Shown here piece after piece: positions 10,519 to 21,469 of a stretch of DNA of 34,457 bases. The position numbers were made by a program, and so were the translations under genes. The notes beneath the pieces are model-generated. The model worked only from the letters and a program-made list of their open reading frames with translations, was not told the DNA's origin and did no database searches. Each line of letters opens with the position of its first letter. Position 1 is the stretch's first letter. Origin of the DNA: a virus (taxonomy: Duplodnaviria; Heunggongvirae; Uroviricota; Caudoviricetes); the IMG/VR virus record IMGVR_UViG_2908572912_000001, positions 1 to 34,457 of that record; one strand, 5' to 3'.

Positions 10519-10533
10519 GGGGTTATAACAATT

Positions 10534-13310
10534 TCAACGAATACTGATGCCGGAAGCAGCCTTTTTGGTCACAATCACCGTACAGTCGGTGATATTGCCT
10601 GCCCCCTGATTGCCTTTCTGGAAAATCTTAAACTCCAGAGTGACGCTTCCCCTGCCACTCGGCATATCAATAACCGCACTGTAACTACCGGGAATGGCCC
10701 CTTTAGTTTCTCTGGATGCGATTAATACGCCGTTTTTGCGAACTTCAAAACCATACCCCGTGTACCTTGTACCTCCCGGGTTATCACCACTTCCCGGATC
10801 GTCATACGCTATACCGTTAAAGATAATGGGCGGAATAATGATTTGACGGTCAAAGTTATGATCATCGCTGATGGTGACTGTAACCGTCCCGTCTGGTGTT
10901 TCCGTGTTACCCCACGTACCAGCCTTTTTCGGGAATGATTTGGATACTGTTTTAACAAAATCACCTCTGACCTGATTCGCCTCCAGCATACCCTTAATCG
11001 TACAGTTTTCATTTATCGTGACGTTGTTGAGCGTCCCGGCGTTCGCATTCACACTGCCACTGATATCCGCATTTTTAGCGGTCAGCTTTCCGTCCGGTGT
11101 CAGGGAAAATACCGGTGGATTTCCACCACTGGTAATGGTGGGGGCCGTCAGGCGTTTGAGGAACACGTCGTTCATGAATATCTGGTTGCCCTGCGCCACA
11201 AACATCGGCGTTTCATTCCCGTTTGCCGGGTCAATAAACGCGATACGATTGGCGGCAACCAGAAACTGGCTCAGTTTGCCTTCCTCTGTATCCTCCATGC
11301 TGAGGCCAAGCCCCGCGACATAATGCTTACCGTCTTCGGTCTGCTCAATTTTGACGCCCCACATGGCATTCCATTTATCGTTGGCGTCCTTCCACTCTTT
11401 CGAAAACTCCTCCAGTCTGCTGGCGTTATCCTCCGTCAGCTCGACTTTTTCCAGCAGCTCCTTGCCGAGATGGGATTCGGTTATCTTGCCTTTGAAAAAA
11501 TCCAGGTAACCTTCCGCATCATCGCTCGCCCGACCAACGGCTTCCACGAATGCCGATTTGCCAACGGTGTTCACACTGCGGATATAAAAGTAATAATCAT
11601 GGCCCGGTTTGATATTGATACTGGCGGCTATCCAGTACAGCGCCGTACCAAGATAGCGGGCTGTGGTTTCAACCTGCCTGATATCGGTAATCCGCTTTTC
11701 CGAGAACCAGAACTCAAACTGTACCGTCGGGTCATAAACGGCAAGATGCGGCGTGGCGGTTATCTGAAAATAGCCCGGCGTCAGCTCAATCCTCGACGGT
11801 GTTGCCGGTGCGGCAATCCGGAACGATACCGACGCCGGATCGCCCTGCTGTCCCCACGCATTTACCGCCCGGACTGTCAGCGTGTACCGCCCCAGCGCCA
11901 GTTGCGTGAAGCGGTATGTGGTTTCCGTCGTCCGGGCCGTGCTGACCAGCCGCTCACTGCCGTCATCCGCTGCCACGGTCAGGCGAAGCATAAAGCTCAC
12001 CCCCTTCACCACCTTCGGCGTGTCCCAGCGCGCCAGCACCTGATATTCCCCGCTGTCTGCGGTGACTTCGGCAGTCAGGTGCTGCACCGCTGGCGGCGTG
12101 ACACCATTCACCGTGCCGCTCTGGTCGCCGTCAAAGTGCGCCCCGTTATCCACGATGGCCTCTTTTTCCGGTACATGCTGCACGGCGGTGATGGCATACG
12201 TGCCGTCATCGTTCTCACGGATACTCACGCAGCGGAACAGACGCTGGCGCAGCGTCGGCAGCTTCAGCCCCCATACGCTGTATCCGGCAACGCCGTCAGG
12301 AACACGGCTCACTTTTACCTTCACGCCGTCGGTGACGGACTGGACCTCCACGCTGACCGGATTGCCACTTCCGTCAACCAGGCTTATCAGCGTGGTACCG
12401 GAGGATGGCAGCGTGATTTCACGGTCAAGCGTCAGCGTCCGGGTCTGGCTGTTCACCGCCAGCACGCGCCCGCCGATGCTGATCCCCGCATAGTCATCAT
12501 CGCAGATTTCAATAACATCACCCGGCACATGGCGAAGCCCTTCGGCACCCACGCTGAAATCCACGGTCTGCGTCTCCAGCAGCTCCGTTTTAATCAGCCA
12601 CAGCCCGGCGCGGTGTGCCTGCCCCCGGCTGGTACAGCCAAAGGCATCCATCTTCGTGACGTTACGACCGTAACGGGCAATGGCCTGCGTGTCCTCCACA
12701 AGCTCTGTCGCCGTCTCCCAGCCGTTATCCGGGTCAATCCAGTTCACCTCAACGGCATTATGGCGGTCCTTCAGGGCGCTGAAGCTGTAGCGGAACGGCG
12801 CGCCATCATCCGGCATCACCACATTACTGCGGTTATAGGTCCACACCTTATCTGATGGTCGGTCCTGCACGAACGTCAGCGTCTGCCCGTTCCATACCGG
12901 CATACAGCGCATCGCCGAGCAGAAATCACTGAGCACATCCCACGCCTTGCGCTGTGTGGTCAGGTACGCATTACAGGTGATGCGCGGCTCCGTGCCGCCA
13001 AAGCCGTCCGGCACTGACTGGTCGCAGTACTGGCCGATGACATACAGCGCCCATTTATCCACATCCGCCGCACCAAGACGTTTCCCCATGCCGTAGCGCG
13101 GATGGGTCAGCATATCCCACAGACACCAGGCCATGTTGTTGCTGTACGCTGGCCTGAACGTTCCGTCCCAGATACCGCTGTATTGCCGCGTCTGCGGGTT
13201 ATAATTCGACGGCACCTGCAGAATACGCCCGCGCAGATGATAATTACGGCTCACCTGCTGGCTGCCGAACTGCTCCGAGTCCACCTGCACGCCGACCAGT
13301 GCCGTGTTCG
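10534..13310 (-). pseudogene. J: Tail tip/host-specificity protein J, C-terminal ~918 codons only (N-terminal ~200 codons deleted)
   Basis: Translation matches lambda J from ...[19 protein letters not shown] to the C-terminal receptor-binding region; no ATG start, upstream sequence is nu1 in another frame. Confidence 0.9.
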
Positions 13311-13819
13311 GGTATCAGTTCATCCAGCGCGGCTGCTTTGTTCATGGCTTTGATGATATCCCGTTTCAGGAAATCAACATGTCGGTTTTCCAGTTCCGGA
13401 AAACGCCGCTGCACCGACAGGGGGATCCCGTCGAGAATACTGGCAATTTCACCTGCGATCCGCGACAGCACGAAAGTACAGAATGCGGTTTCCACCACTT
13501 CAGCTGAGTCTCTGGCATTCTTCAGTTCCTGTGCGTCGGCCTGCGCACGCGTAAGTCGATGGCGTTCGTACTCAATAGTCCCTGGCTGGAGATCTGCCTC
13601 GCTGGCCTGGCGCAGTTCTTCAACCTCCCGGCGCAGCTTTTCGTTCTCAATTTCAGCATCCCTTTCGGCATACCATTTTATAACGGCGGCAGAGTCATAA
13701 AGCACCTCATTACCCTTGCCACCGCCTCGCAGAACGGGCATTCCCTGTTCCTGCCAGTTCTGAATGGTACGGATACTCGCACCGAAAATGTCAGCCAGCT
13801 GCTTTTTGTTGACTTCCAT
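13311..13819 (-). pseudogene. nu1: Terminase small subunit Nu1, 3'-truncated (about 169 of 181 codons), fused out of frame to J
   Basis: MEVNKKQLADIFGASIRTIQNWQEQGMPVLRGGG... matches lambda Nu1 to ...ALDELIP, then reads into J-derived sequence and stops at 13244. Confidence 0.9.
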
Positions 13820-13839
13820 TGTTCATTCCACGGCCAAAA

Positions 13840-14060
13840 ACAGAGAAAGGAAACGACAAAGGCCCAAAAGTTCGTTTTCAGCACCTGTCGTTTCCTTTCT
13901 TTTCAGGGGGTATTTTAAATAAAAACATTAAGTTACGACGAAGAAGAACGGAAACGCCTTAAACCGGAAAATTTTCATAAATAGCGAAAACCCGCGAGGT
14001 CGCCGCCCCGTAACCTGTCGGATCGCCGGAAAGGACCCGCAAAATGATAATAATTATCAT
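13840..14060. other. cos: Lambda-type cos region: cosN 12-nt cohesive end (AGGTCGCCGCCC at 13997-14008), cosB on the nu1 side, cosQ-like GATAATAATTATCAT on the other
   Basis: Reverse complement reproduces the lambda left-end sequence (GGGCGGCGACCTCGCGGGTTTTCGCTATTTATGAAAATTTTCCGG...) as remembered. Confidence 0.8.
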
Positions 14061-14207
14061 CTGCATGTCACAACGTGCATCTACGCCATCAAACCACGTC
14101 AAATAATCAATTATGACGCAGGTATCGTATTAATTGATCTGCATCAACTTAACGTAAAAACAACTTCAGACAATACAAATCAGCGACACTGAATACGGGG
14201 CAACCTC

Positions 14208-14402
14208 ATGTCAACGAAGAACAGAACCCGCAGAACAACAACCCGCAACATCCGCTTTCCTAACCAAATGATTGAACAAATTAACATCGCTCTTGAGCAA
14301 AAAGGGTCTGGGAATTTCTCAGCCTGGGTCATTGAAGCCTGCCGTCGGAGACTAACGTCAGAAAAGAGAGCATATACATCAATCCAAAGTGATGATGGAT
14401 GA
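14208..14402 (+). CDS. ylcI: YlcI-like small protein (64 aa), possible ribbon-helix-helix fold
   Basis: 64-aa ORF between cos and bor, same place and size as DLP12 ylcI; name assignment from memory. Confidence 0.55.
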   Translation: MSTKNRTRRTTTRNIRFPNQMIEQINIALEQKGSGNFSAWVIEACRRRLTSEKRAYTSIQSDDG

Positions 14403-14764
14403 ACATCCCGGTTTCTTCCACCATCGCACCGGAAAAGCGACTATGAGGGTAACCCTGCGTCTGTCAGCACAGTAAAACCCGGTGTGCATCGTTTTTGATT
14501 ATTCCCGCACACTCACGCAGAAGGAATTCCCCGTCGGGCTACGGTCATGGTTAATGCGGGAATACGGCGACGATACAGCGCAGCTAAAAGGGTAATAGAC
14601 GGATAGACCGGTTTATTTCATTCCACAGGATTCTGAGTGTCCCCAACTTCCTCCAATAGTCTGAGCGTACACCTATATAGTTTTAATTTTCATCAATCCA
14701 TTTAACTATCGTTTAATTGTTGTCACATAGGATTCTGCCGTTTTTAACAATGCAGGATAATAAG

Positions 14765-15058
14765 ATGAAAAAAATGTTGTTTTCTGCCGCTCTGGCAATG
14801 CTTATTACAGGATGTGCTCAACAGACGTTTACTGTTGGAAACAAACCGACAGCAGTAACACCAAAGGAAACCATCACCCATCACTTCTTCGTTTCGGGAA
14901 TTGGACAGGAGAAAACTGTTGATGCAGCCAAAATTTGTGGCGGCGCAGAAAATGTTGTTAAAACAGAAACCCAGCAAACATTCGTAAATGGATTGCTCGG
15001 TTTTATTACTTTAGGCATTTATACTCCGCTGGAAGCGCGTGTGTATTGCTCACAATAA
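14765..15058 (+). CDS. bor: Bor lipoprotein (serum-resistance moron), 97 aa
   Basis: MKKMLFSAALAMLITGCAQQTFTV... lipobox LITGC, near-identical to lambda Bor/DLP12 BorD; track ORF starts at an upstream alternative codon. Confidence 0.9.
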   Translation: MKKMLFSAALAMLITGCAQQTFTVGNKPTAVTPKETITHHFFVSGIGQEKTVDAAKICGGAENVVKTETQQTFVNGLLGFITLGIYTPLEARVYCSQ

Positions 15059-15089
15059 TTGCATGAGTTGCCCATCGATATGGGCAGCT

Positions 15090-15551
15090 CTATCTGCACT
15101 GCTCATTAATATACTTCTGGGTTCCTTCCAGTTGTTTTTGCATAGTGATCAGCCTCTCTCTGAGGGTGAAATAATCCTGTTCAGCGGTGTCTGCCAGTCG
15201 GGGGGAGGCTGCATTATCCACGCCGGAGGCGGTGGTGGCTTCACGCACTGACTGACAGACTGCTTTGATGTGCAACCGACGACGACCAGCGGCAACATCA
15301 TCACGCAGAGCATCATTTTCAGCTTTCGCATTAGCTAACTCCTTCGTGTATTTTTCATCCAGTGCAGCAACATCACGCTGGCGCATCTGCATGTCAGTAA
15401 TTGCCGCGTTCGCCAGCTTCAGTTCTCTGGCATTTTTGTCGCGCTGGGCTTTGTAGGTAATGGCGTTATCACGGTAATGATTAACAGCCCATGACAGGCA
15501 GACGATGATGCAGATAACCAGAGCGGAGATAATCGCGGTTACTCTGTTCAT
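15090..15551 (-). CDS. Rz: Rz spanin (inner-membrane subunit)
   Basis: [49 protein letters not shown]... matches lambda Rz/RzpD. Confidence 0.9.
   Translation of the reverse strand: MNRVTAIISALVICIIVCLSWAVNHYRDNAITYKAQRDKNARELKLANAAITDMQMRQRDVAALDEKYTKELANAKAENDALRDDVAAGRRRLHIKAVCQSVREATTASGVDNAASPRLADTAEQDYFTLRERLITMQKQLEGTQKYINEQCR
15149..15331 (-). CDS. Rz1: Rz1 spanin (outer-membrane lipoprotein), embedded in Rz in another frame
   Basis: [51 protein letters not shown]; lipobox VVGC and proline-rich region. Confidence 0.85.
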   Translation of the reverse strand: MRKLKMMLCVMMLPLVVVGCTSKQSVSQCVKPPPPPAWIMQPPPDWQTPLNRIISPSERG

Positions 15552-16045
15552 TGCTGACCCCACAAACAGATTTCACGCTCAATCTCACGACGAGTCATGA
15601 GACCTTTCCATTGCTTACCGCCAGCATATGTCCAGCGACGTAACTGATCACATGCGCCTTTGATATCGCCCTGGTTTATTTTGCGAAGAAGCGTCGATGT
15701 TCTGAAATTGCCAGCACCCACGTTGTAAACGAATGAGTAAAGAGCGCCGCGCGTTGTTTCCGGTATATCGACTTCGATGTACGGGTTAATTTGTCTGGCG
15801 ACAGTGGCAAGGTCTTTATTCAAGAGTGCTTTGCATTCTGCTTTGGTATACGTTTTACCGAGCATGATGTCTTTTCCTGTATGCCCGTGACATACAGTCC
15901 ATACACCAACAATATCTTTGTATGGTATGTAGCTGACACCTTCCAGACCATCGTTACCACTTGGGCCAGTGATTAACACTGATGCTATAGCAATTGCTCC
16001 GCCACCAATAGCAGCAGCAACGGCTTTTCGTAATGATGGAGGCAT
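15548..16045 (-). CDS. R: SAR endolysin (lysozyme R, phage 21 / DLP12 RrrD type)
   Basis: 165 aa with N-terminal signal-anchor-release segment [24 protein letters not shown] followed by a T4-lysozyme-like catalytic domain. Confidence 0.9.
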   Translation of the reverse strand: MPPSLRKAVAAAIGGGAIAIASVLITGPSGNDGLEGVSYIPYKDIVGVWTVCHGHTGKDIMLGKTYTKAECKALLNKDLATVARQINPYIEVDIPETTRGALYSFVYNVGAGNFRTSTLLRKINQGDIKGACDQLRRWTYAGGKQWKGLMTRREIEREICLWGQQ

Positions 16046-16260
16046 TATTCACCTCTCGCAGCCTTGCGCTTATCTTCTTTAATCTTGAAATAAAGGTTTG
16101 TCAGGTACGTCAGCAGGCCAAATACCAGGCTACCCAGCACACCTATTGCTGCCCACTGTGAGGGCGTGACTTTATCGAGCAGCTGTAAAAACCAGTAACC
16201 GGCACTACCTGCTGAGGTGCCATAGGCGACACCCGTTGTTAACTTATCCATGGATTTCAT
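16045..16260 (-). CDS. S: Class II pinholin (S21 / EssD type), 71 aa with dual start MKSM
   Basis: [71 protein letters not shown], two TM segments. Confidence 0.9.
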
Positions 16261-16361
16261 AACCCCACCTCGCAGACAAAGCGGGTGTAAATTGAGGGAA
16301 TACTACGAAACGTAACAGACTCGGAGTCAGTGAATAACTCAGGTATTGGGTTATCAGCTAA

Positions 16362-16405
16362 TATCGAGACTCAAAAAATGGAAAAACCCGCTCGACGGCG
16401 GGTTT
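16362..16405 (-). terminator. Strong rho-independent terminator about 100 nt upstream of S on the late strand (tR'-like)
   Basis: Minus-strand hairpin aaacccgccgtcgagcgggttt followed by tttttccatttttt. Confidence 0.5.
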
Positions 16406-16833
16406 AAGCTGTGTGACGAAGTAACCACTCTTAACAGCATAACCAATTTTTTACGTACGTAAACCACAAAATGATATTTGCGAGAATGCTACCGAGTATT
16501 GAAAACACCACTACAAATACATAAGCAAATCTCAACAAATAACCAGCAAATAATTTCCAGCGTTATTTTTAGCCGATTTAAATTGAACCTTCAAATTACA
16601 GAGCACTTATAAATAACAGCCGTTAATATAAATTGGCTAATAGATTTATTTTTATTCAGCCAAGAGCCATGAATAGGATTCGATAGAAAAAAGTTCAGAT
16701 AAAAATAGAGATCTACTTCACAAATCAAACGAGAAACCAAAACTTACATCTTGAAATAATCACATTGATTAGATGAATATTTATCGCGCAGTGACATCAT
16801 TTTTTAATAATAGTTCAAAAAAAAGGGCTCACG

Positions 16834-17916
16834 ATGAAAAAATTAACAGTGGCAATTTCTGCTGTAGCTGCATCAGTACTGATGGCGATGTCTGCTCAGG
16901 CAGCTGAAATTTATAATAAAGACAGTAACAAGCTGGATCTATATGGGAAAGTTAATGCCAAGCACTACTTCTCCTCTAATGATGCAGATGATGGTGATAC
17001 TACTTATGCCCGTCTTGGCTTCAAAGGTGAAACCCAAATCAACGATCAACTGACTGGTTTCGGTCAGTGGGAATATGAATTCAAAGGCAACCGCGCTGAA
17101 TCTCAAGGCTCCTCCAAAGACAAAACCCGTCTTGCATTTGCAGGCCTGAAATTCGGGGACTACGGCTCAATCGATTACGGCCGTAACTACGGTGTAGCAT
17201 ATGACATCGGTGCGTGGACTGACGTTCTGCCAGAATTCGGTGGCGATACCTGGACCCAAACAGATGTGTTCATGACTGGTCGCACCACTGGTGTTGCAAC
17301 TTATCGTAACAACGACTTCTTTGGTCTGGTTGATGGTCTGAACTTTGCTGCTCAGTATCAGGGTAAAAATGACCGCACTGACGTAACTGAAGCTAATGGT
17401 GATGGTTTCGGTTTCTCCACTACTTATGAGTATGAAGGATTCGGTGTAGGTGCAACCTATGCTAAATCTGACCGCACTAATAATCAGGTTATCTACGGTA
17501 ACAACAGCCTGAATGCATCTGGTCAAAATGCTGAAGTATGGGCAGCTGGTCTGAAATATGATGCGAACAACATCTATCTGGCCACCACCTATTCTGAAAC
17601 CCAGAACATGACTGTTTTTGGTAATAACCATATTGCCAACAAAGCACAAAACTTCGAAGCTGTTGCACAATATCAGTTCGACTTCGGCCTGCGTCCATCC
17701 GTTGCTTACCTGCATTCTAAAGGAAAAGACTTGGGTGTTTGGGGTGATCAGGACCTGGTTGAATATGTTGATGTAGGTGCAACCTATTACTTCAACAAAA
17801 ATATGTCCACTTTTGTTGACTACAAAATCAACCTGATTGATAAGAGCGATTTCACGAAAGCATCTGGCGTTGCTACCGATGATATCGTTGCTGTAGGTAT
17901 GGTTTACCAGTTCTAA
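16834..17916 (+). CDS. nmpC: OmpC/OmpD-family general porin NmpC, apparently intact (signal peptide, C-terminal ...VYQF)
   Basis: 360 aa, signal peptide [23 protein letters not shown], porin beta-barrel signature and terminal Phe; lies between Q and the lysis cassette on the opposite strand, as in DLP12. Confidence 0.9.
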   Translation: MKKLTVAISAVAASVLMAMSAQAAEIYNKDSNKLDLYGKVNAKHYFSSNDADDGDTTYARLGFKGETQINDQLTGFGQWEYEFKGNRAESQGSSKDKTRLAFAGLKFGDYGSIDYGRNYGVAYDIGAWTDVLPEFGGDTWTQTDVFMTGRTTGVATYRNNDFFGLVDGLNFAAQYQGKNDRTDVTEANGDGFGFSTTYEYEGFGVGATYAKSDRTNNQVIYGNNSLNASGQNAEVWAAGLKYDANNIYLATTYSETQNMTVFGNNHIANKAQNFEAVAQYQFDFGLRPSVAYLHSKGKDLGVWGDQDLVEYVDVGATYYFNKNMSTFVDYKINLIDKSDFTKASGVATDDIVAVGMVYQF

Positions 17917-18049
17917 TTTGATTACTAAAAGATATGTTGTGGGAGGCTTTGCCTCCCCAACATATAAGTGGCTCCCTCAAGCCACTTCCTTTAGAAGCAC
18001 AACCTTGCTTCTAACTATACAAACCTTCTGTTATATATTACCCTTTATT

Positions 18050-18085
18050 TTTGGGGGCGTTTCAACGCCCCATTTTTAATAACTT
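18050..18085 (+). terminator. Rho-independent terminator downstream of nmpC (ggggcgtttcaacgcccc + atttttaa); a second hairpin at 17938-17962
   Basis: GC stem followed by T-run on the plus strand. Confidence 0.5.
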
Positions 18086-18104
18086 TTAGTAAATAATTGG
18101 CGTA

Positions 18105-18488
18105 TTAATTAGAGTTATTAACAACGATATCCATCTCTAACCGGATATCTAATGCCATTAACATCCCTTCAATTATGCCCTCAGCCTTTTGTAACCTTTT
18201 CCCGATATAACCATCAGAGCAGCAATGCTTACCTGCCAGTGACATGAATGTCATACCGACTACATAATAATCTACTAATAAATCGTGCAAATCGCTGTTG
18301 TTCTTTTTCAGACGGGCCATGCACCCGCAAATGATCATCGCGTCATCGTCACAACATTGCGGGCGAGATTTTACTTTTGAAGGAATTAATCCCTTAAAAC
18401 CGGCGGCAATGGACGACCAGGTCACATCTTCATGATTATTAGCCGCCCACGCTCCCCAACGCTCAAGAACCATCTGAATATCACGCAT
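18105..18488 (-). CDS. Q: Late-gene antiterminator Q (phage 82 / DLP12 QuuD type), Cys-rich zinc-binding
   Basis: [26 protein letters not shown]...[16 protein letters not shown]... as remembered for QuuD; track ORF has a 5-codon upstream extension. Confidence 0.85.
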   Translation of the reverse strand: MRDIQMVLERWGAWAANNHEDVTWSSIAAGFKGLIPSKVKSRPQCCDDDAMIICGCMARLKKNNSDLHDLLVDYYVVGMTFMSLAGKHCCSDGYIGKRLQKAEGIIEGMLMALDIRLEMDIVVNNSN

Positions 18489-18563
18489 CAACTTACTCCA
18501 CAAAAATCAGACCAGAACGCCAATTACAAGCAAAAATCAATAAAACAGTATTAGTTGATTGTT

Positions 18564-18704
18564 ATCTCTGACTTCATACTCCTGCTCCTGTCAGGGTTTT
18601 GGCGTAATTCTTCAGTATTCGGTAATCGGTCAAAACAGAACCGGGGAAACGATATAAGCGCAGACGCCCCCAGCGGTGGCGAAGAAGTTCTGCCATATAA
18701 AACT
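18564..18704 (-). CDS. ylcG: YlcG-like small protein (46 aa), below the ORF-track size cut-off
   Basis: Hand translation [46 protein letters not shown] in the gap between rusA and Q, where ylcG lies in DLP12. Confidence 0.55.
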
Positions 18705-18710
18705 CAAACA

Positions 18711-19073
18711 TCATTCATTCCCCATTTCGGTGATGGTCAGTTCCAGCCTCCCACCTTTGGTAACAGGCATCTTCACAACGCGGTAATCAACGACCTGAGC
18801 ATCATCCAGCCAGAAACCTGCTTTGGTGAGTGCGTCAAAAGAGGCTTTTTGTAGATTATCCAGGTCACGGCGACGGCGATCCGGCATGTGGCACTCAATG
18901 CGGATTTTCACAGGCATAGCCAGACCGATATCCAGCATTGAGCCTTTAATGATTCGGGCGACGTTATCGCGGTATGCCTGCCCTTCTGCGCTGATGTGCG
19001 TGCGCCCTCGATTATGGCGGTAGTAGCGGTTATTGCTCGGCGGCCAGGGTAGTGTGATGTGGTAAGTATTCAC
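18711..19073 (-). CDS. rusA: RusA Holliday-junction resolvase
   Basis: 120 aa [26 protein letters not shown]...[26 protein letters not shown]; RusA catalytic Asp cluster. Confidence 0.9.
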   Translation of the reverse strand: MNTYHITLPWPPSNNRYYRHNRGRTHISAEGQAYRDNVARIIKGSMLDIGLAMPVKIRIECHMPDRRRRDLDNLQKASFDALTKAGFWLDDAQVVDYRVVKMPVTKGGRLELTITEMGNE

Positions 19074-19360
19074 GCCTTAATTACCCCCTCTTTCAGCCAG
19101 ATAACCTGCGTTCTCGCCATACCTTCCAGCGCGCATTCTTTTGCATATCCAGCGTCAACAAAATGCGTGCGGCGGTCGATTTCGTCGTGGCAGGCAGAAC
19201 ATGCAATGGTGGCAATCAGGTCTGGCGGTTTCGTACCGGTGCCGCACAATCCAGTCAGCCGGATATGTGCCAGTACAGACGTTTCAGGGTTGCCATTACA
19301 TACGCCAGGGATTCTTACCTGGCATTCCCGACCACGCGCTGCTTTTCTCAAATCAGCCAT
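19070..19360 (-). CDS. ybcO: YbcO-like (DUF1364) nin-region protein, Cys-rich
   Basis: [62 protein letters not shown]...; start refined to the internal ATG. Confidence 0.8.
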   Translation of the reverse strand: MADLRKAARGRECQVRIPGVCNGNPETSVLAHIRLTGLCGTGTKPPDLIATIACSACHDEIDRRTHFVDAGYAKECALEGMARTQVIWLKEGVIKA

Positions 19361-19523
19361 GATTCCTCCTTGCTGCCAGTCGCAACCATTTTTTATCAAC
19401 CAGGCTAGCGGTATATCCGAGCAGTGTTGGTATTTCGGATGGCTTCAGCTCAGGTTTACGCTTACGACGATTTGGTACTTTGTAGATGTGTCCGTTCATG
19501 ACACGAATAAGCGGTGTAGCCAT
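19353..19523 (-). CDS. ninE: NinE
   Basis: [56 protein letters not shown] (56 aa) = NinE family. Confidence 0.8.
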   Translation of the reverse strand: MATPLIRVMNGHIYKVPNRRKRKPELKPSEIPTLLGYTASLVDKKWLRLAARRNHG

Positions 19524-19978
19524 TACGCCTCCTGCTTGTCGCGCAGCAGCTGAAACTCGCAGCTCTGTGGAATAGTCAGGTGGCAACCAATATTCATCGC
19601 CCAGGCTTCAACCTTACACAGGAAGACATACATCTCTCCGGTATCAAGATCGGAGGTATGGCGTAACGACTGGATAGTGGTGATATCACCGGTTACGACA
19701 TCAACCAGGTCTTTGGTTTCATAACCGAGATATGTGTGTTTGAGAGCATCTTTTACCCAAGCTGGAGTGGCGAACGTTTTACCCTTGCTGATGAGGTATT
19801 CACTGATTTCGCTGTACCACATGTGGCTGAGTGCATTCTGGGAAAGACTGCGTCTCTCGCGCCACGGTTTAAGCACCATGCGAAAGCATTTGCCGTCCTC
19901 CAGATAAGGCTGGATCTGCCGACCAATAGCGGTGAAGTTACCGCGATGCAGTTTGATGCCATCTTGTGGGAAGTTCAC
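19523..19978 (-). CDS. ybcN: YbcN-like nin-region protein (NinB/Orf-family position)
   Basis: 151 aa, recognised as DLP12 YbcN from memory. Confidence 0.75.
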   Translation of the reverse strand: MNFPQDGIKLHRGNFTAIGRQIQPYLEDGKCFRMVLKPWRERRSLSQNALSHMWYSEISEYLISKGKTFATPAWVKDALKHTYLGYETKDLVDVVTGDITTIQSLRHTSDLDTGEMYVFLCKVEAWAMNIGCHLTIPQSCEFQLLRDKQEA

Positions 19979-19984
19979 GCTTCA

Positions 19985-20150
19985 CCTCCGCAGAGATCAA
20001 ACGCTGGATGCAAAAAAACGCAGGTGCATTTCTGCATCTGTGGCAAGGCGAGGAGTTCAACTTGTGGTCGCATATAATTTCCCAATCATATGCGCAGAAG
20101 TCACCGCAGGGTGTTCAGGCCAACGGTGACGGTATTATTGCTTATTGATT
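19985..20150. repeat. Copy A of a ~150-bp imperfect direct repeat (blocks AGGTGCATTTCTGCATCTGTG ... GCGCAGAAGTCACCG..GTTCAGGC ... AT-rich)
   Basis: Hand alignment with 21470-21625: 21/21 identical first block, second block with hairpin whose loop contains GTTCAGG in both copies. Confidence 0.6.
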
Positions 20151-20400
20151 ATGATTTTTCAATTTCATCAATAACCTTGTGATAGACAATACCAGAAAGG
20201 CCAACAGACAGTGGATGTTCATGAAATATTGGCTCATTTGCATAAACCCAATGCCCGACAAATTCTTCTGGGCTTGATATGTATAACTCACGAAGAAAAT
20301 GGAGATCCCTCTCTACAACTAATTTCGTATCGTCCAAGAGCGCTGCATTTACGCTAGTTTTATGGCTGTGCATTAATTTACATTTGGTGAAGGACATCAT
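20149..20400 (-). CDS. Hypothetical protein (83 aa)
   Basis: ORF only; AT-rich, no recognisable motif. Confidence 0.4.
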   Translation of the reverse strand: MMSFTKCKLMHSHKTSVNAALLDDTKLVVERDLHFLRELYISSPEEFVGHWVYANEPIFHEHPLSVGLSGIVYHKVIDEIEKS

Positions 20401-20459
20401 GGCAAAAGCTCCTTTTTCTTATGAATCCATATGTTAGCTAAATTGGAGAGACACAGTAG

Positions 20460-21074
20460 CTAACGTTGTTTAATAACATTCTGACGCAAATGTGGCAATA
20501 CTCGACTCCACTTATCATCCTGCCACGGCTGGAATTTTACATGTGCCGTTTCTCTGGCGAGGATTGCTCGCGCTCTGGTGAGTATCTGGGGATATTCTTG
20601 CTCGATGGAAGTGAAGCGACCAGCTTCACGATGCTCCGCAACCTGAAGAAGAGGAGTAACGTTCTGGCAGGCGGTTAACATCGCATCCCCAGCTCGCCAT
20701 AACCAAGCAAGTGTGCAAAGTTCGTTATCAGTGAATTGTTTTGTGATCGGGGATTGTTGAACTTCTCGATCGAGAATATCCAGAACCCAGCGGCGGAACT
20801 CTTTGGCTACAGGAGTTCGTGCAAACATGGCGATCAAATGGGCTCCGCGAAGGCTAAATACTCGAGACTCCTGCATTCCACGAGGGGTGGTCACTTTGAC
20901 CACCCTTGTCATCATATCTGTAAATTCATCTGAGTGACGGGAGTAAATGCGCTGAACTGCTTTATCGTCCGCATATTCCAGAGCTAAACCAACTTCAGTG
21001 GCAGTAAGCCAAATTCTGTTATTGTGGCAAATTGGGGTAAACGTCGTTTTGTGGAATGCTAATTGAGTAGTCAT
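20460..21074 (-). CDS. Bro-N domain DNA-binding protein (Roi/antirepressor-like)
   Basis: N-terminal ...ICHNNRIWLTATEVGLALEYADDKAVQRIYSRHSDEF... fits the Bro-N fold pattern; sits in the nin region like HK022 roi. Confidence 0.65.
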   Translation of the reverse strand: MTTQLAFHKTTFTPICHNNRIWLTATEVGLALEYADDKAVQRIYSRHSDEFTDMMTRVVKVTTPRGMQESRVFSLRGAHLIAMFARTPVAKEFRRWVLDILDREVQQSPITKQFTDNELCTLAWLWRAGDAMLTACQNVTPLLQVAEHREAGRFTSIEQEYPQILTRARAILARETAHVKFQPWQDDKWSRVLPHLRQNVIKQR

Positions 21075-21228
21075 AGTTTCACCTCATCAGGTTAACCATC
21101 ACCACCAACGACGCCAATCGACTGGTGGTGAACTGTGCAAGGTTGGCGTAACCGGCTACTCAAATCCGGCGCTCCCGAAGAAGCCCTCACACAGCCCACC
21201 ATAATTTGGGCGTAGCCGTGCTTAGCGC

Positions 21229-21252
21229 ATAAAAAAACCGCTTAACGCGGTA
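21229..21252 (-). terminator. Rho-independent terminator on the minus strand after the NACHT cassette (accgc gttaa gcggt + T7)
   Basis: 5-bp GC stem with a 7-nt T-run on the minus strand. Confidence 0.4.
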
Positions 21253-21469
21253 TGCGTTGAGTAGTATTCCGGGACGCCAATCCCGTGTGCCGATTTTGCG
21301 GCAACGCACAGAATATATCCCCAGATAAATCATGTCGTCAACCCCAGTAAATGGACACCATGATGATCACAGCCATAGCTGCTACAACAGTTACAACTAC
21401 CTCAGGCCAAAACATAACGATTTCCATATCACCTTTAGCCGCCAGACGAATAGAGACTCCCAATTCTGG

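Noticed and set aside
11323-12855. 510-aa plus-strand ORF and other long ORFs (11018-11323, 12062-12493, 10809-11012) inside the J region
   Set aside because: They lie antisense to or frame-shifted within the J fragment, whose translation matches lambda J; Arg/Pro-rich composition is typical of spurious ORFs in GC-rich coding DNA.
17167-17715. 182-aa and 69-aa minus-strand ORFs inside nmpC
   Set aside because: Antisense to a clearly recognisable porin gene.
18040-18105. Late promoter pR' placed immediately downstream of Q
   Set aside because: The hairpin here has its T-run on the plus strand, so it is a terminator for nmpC; no convincing minus-strand promoter hexamers were found, and a better tR' candidate lies at 16362-16405.
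18555-18854. 99-aa plus-strand ORF overlapping ylcG and rusA
   Set aside because: Antisense to two recognisable genes.
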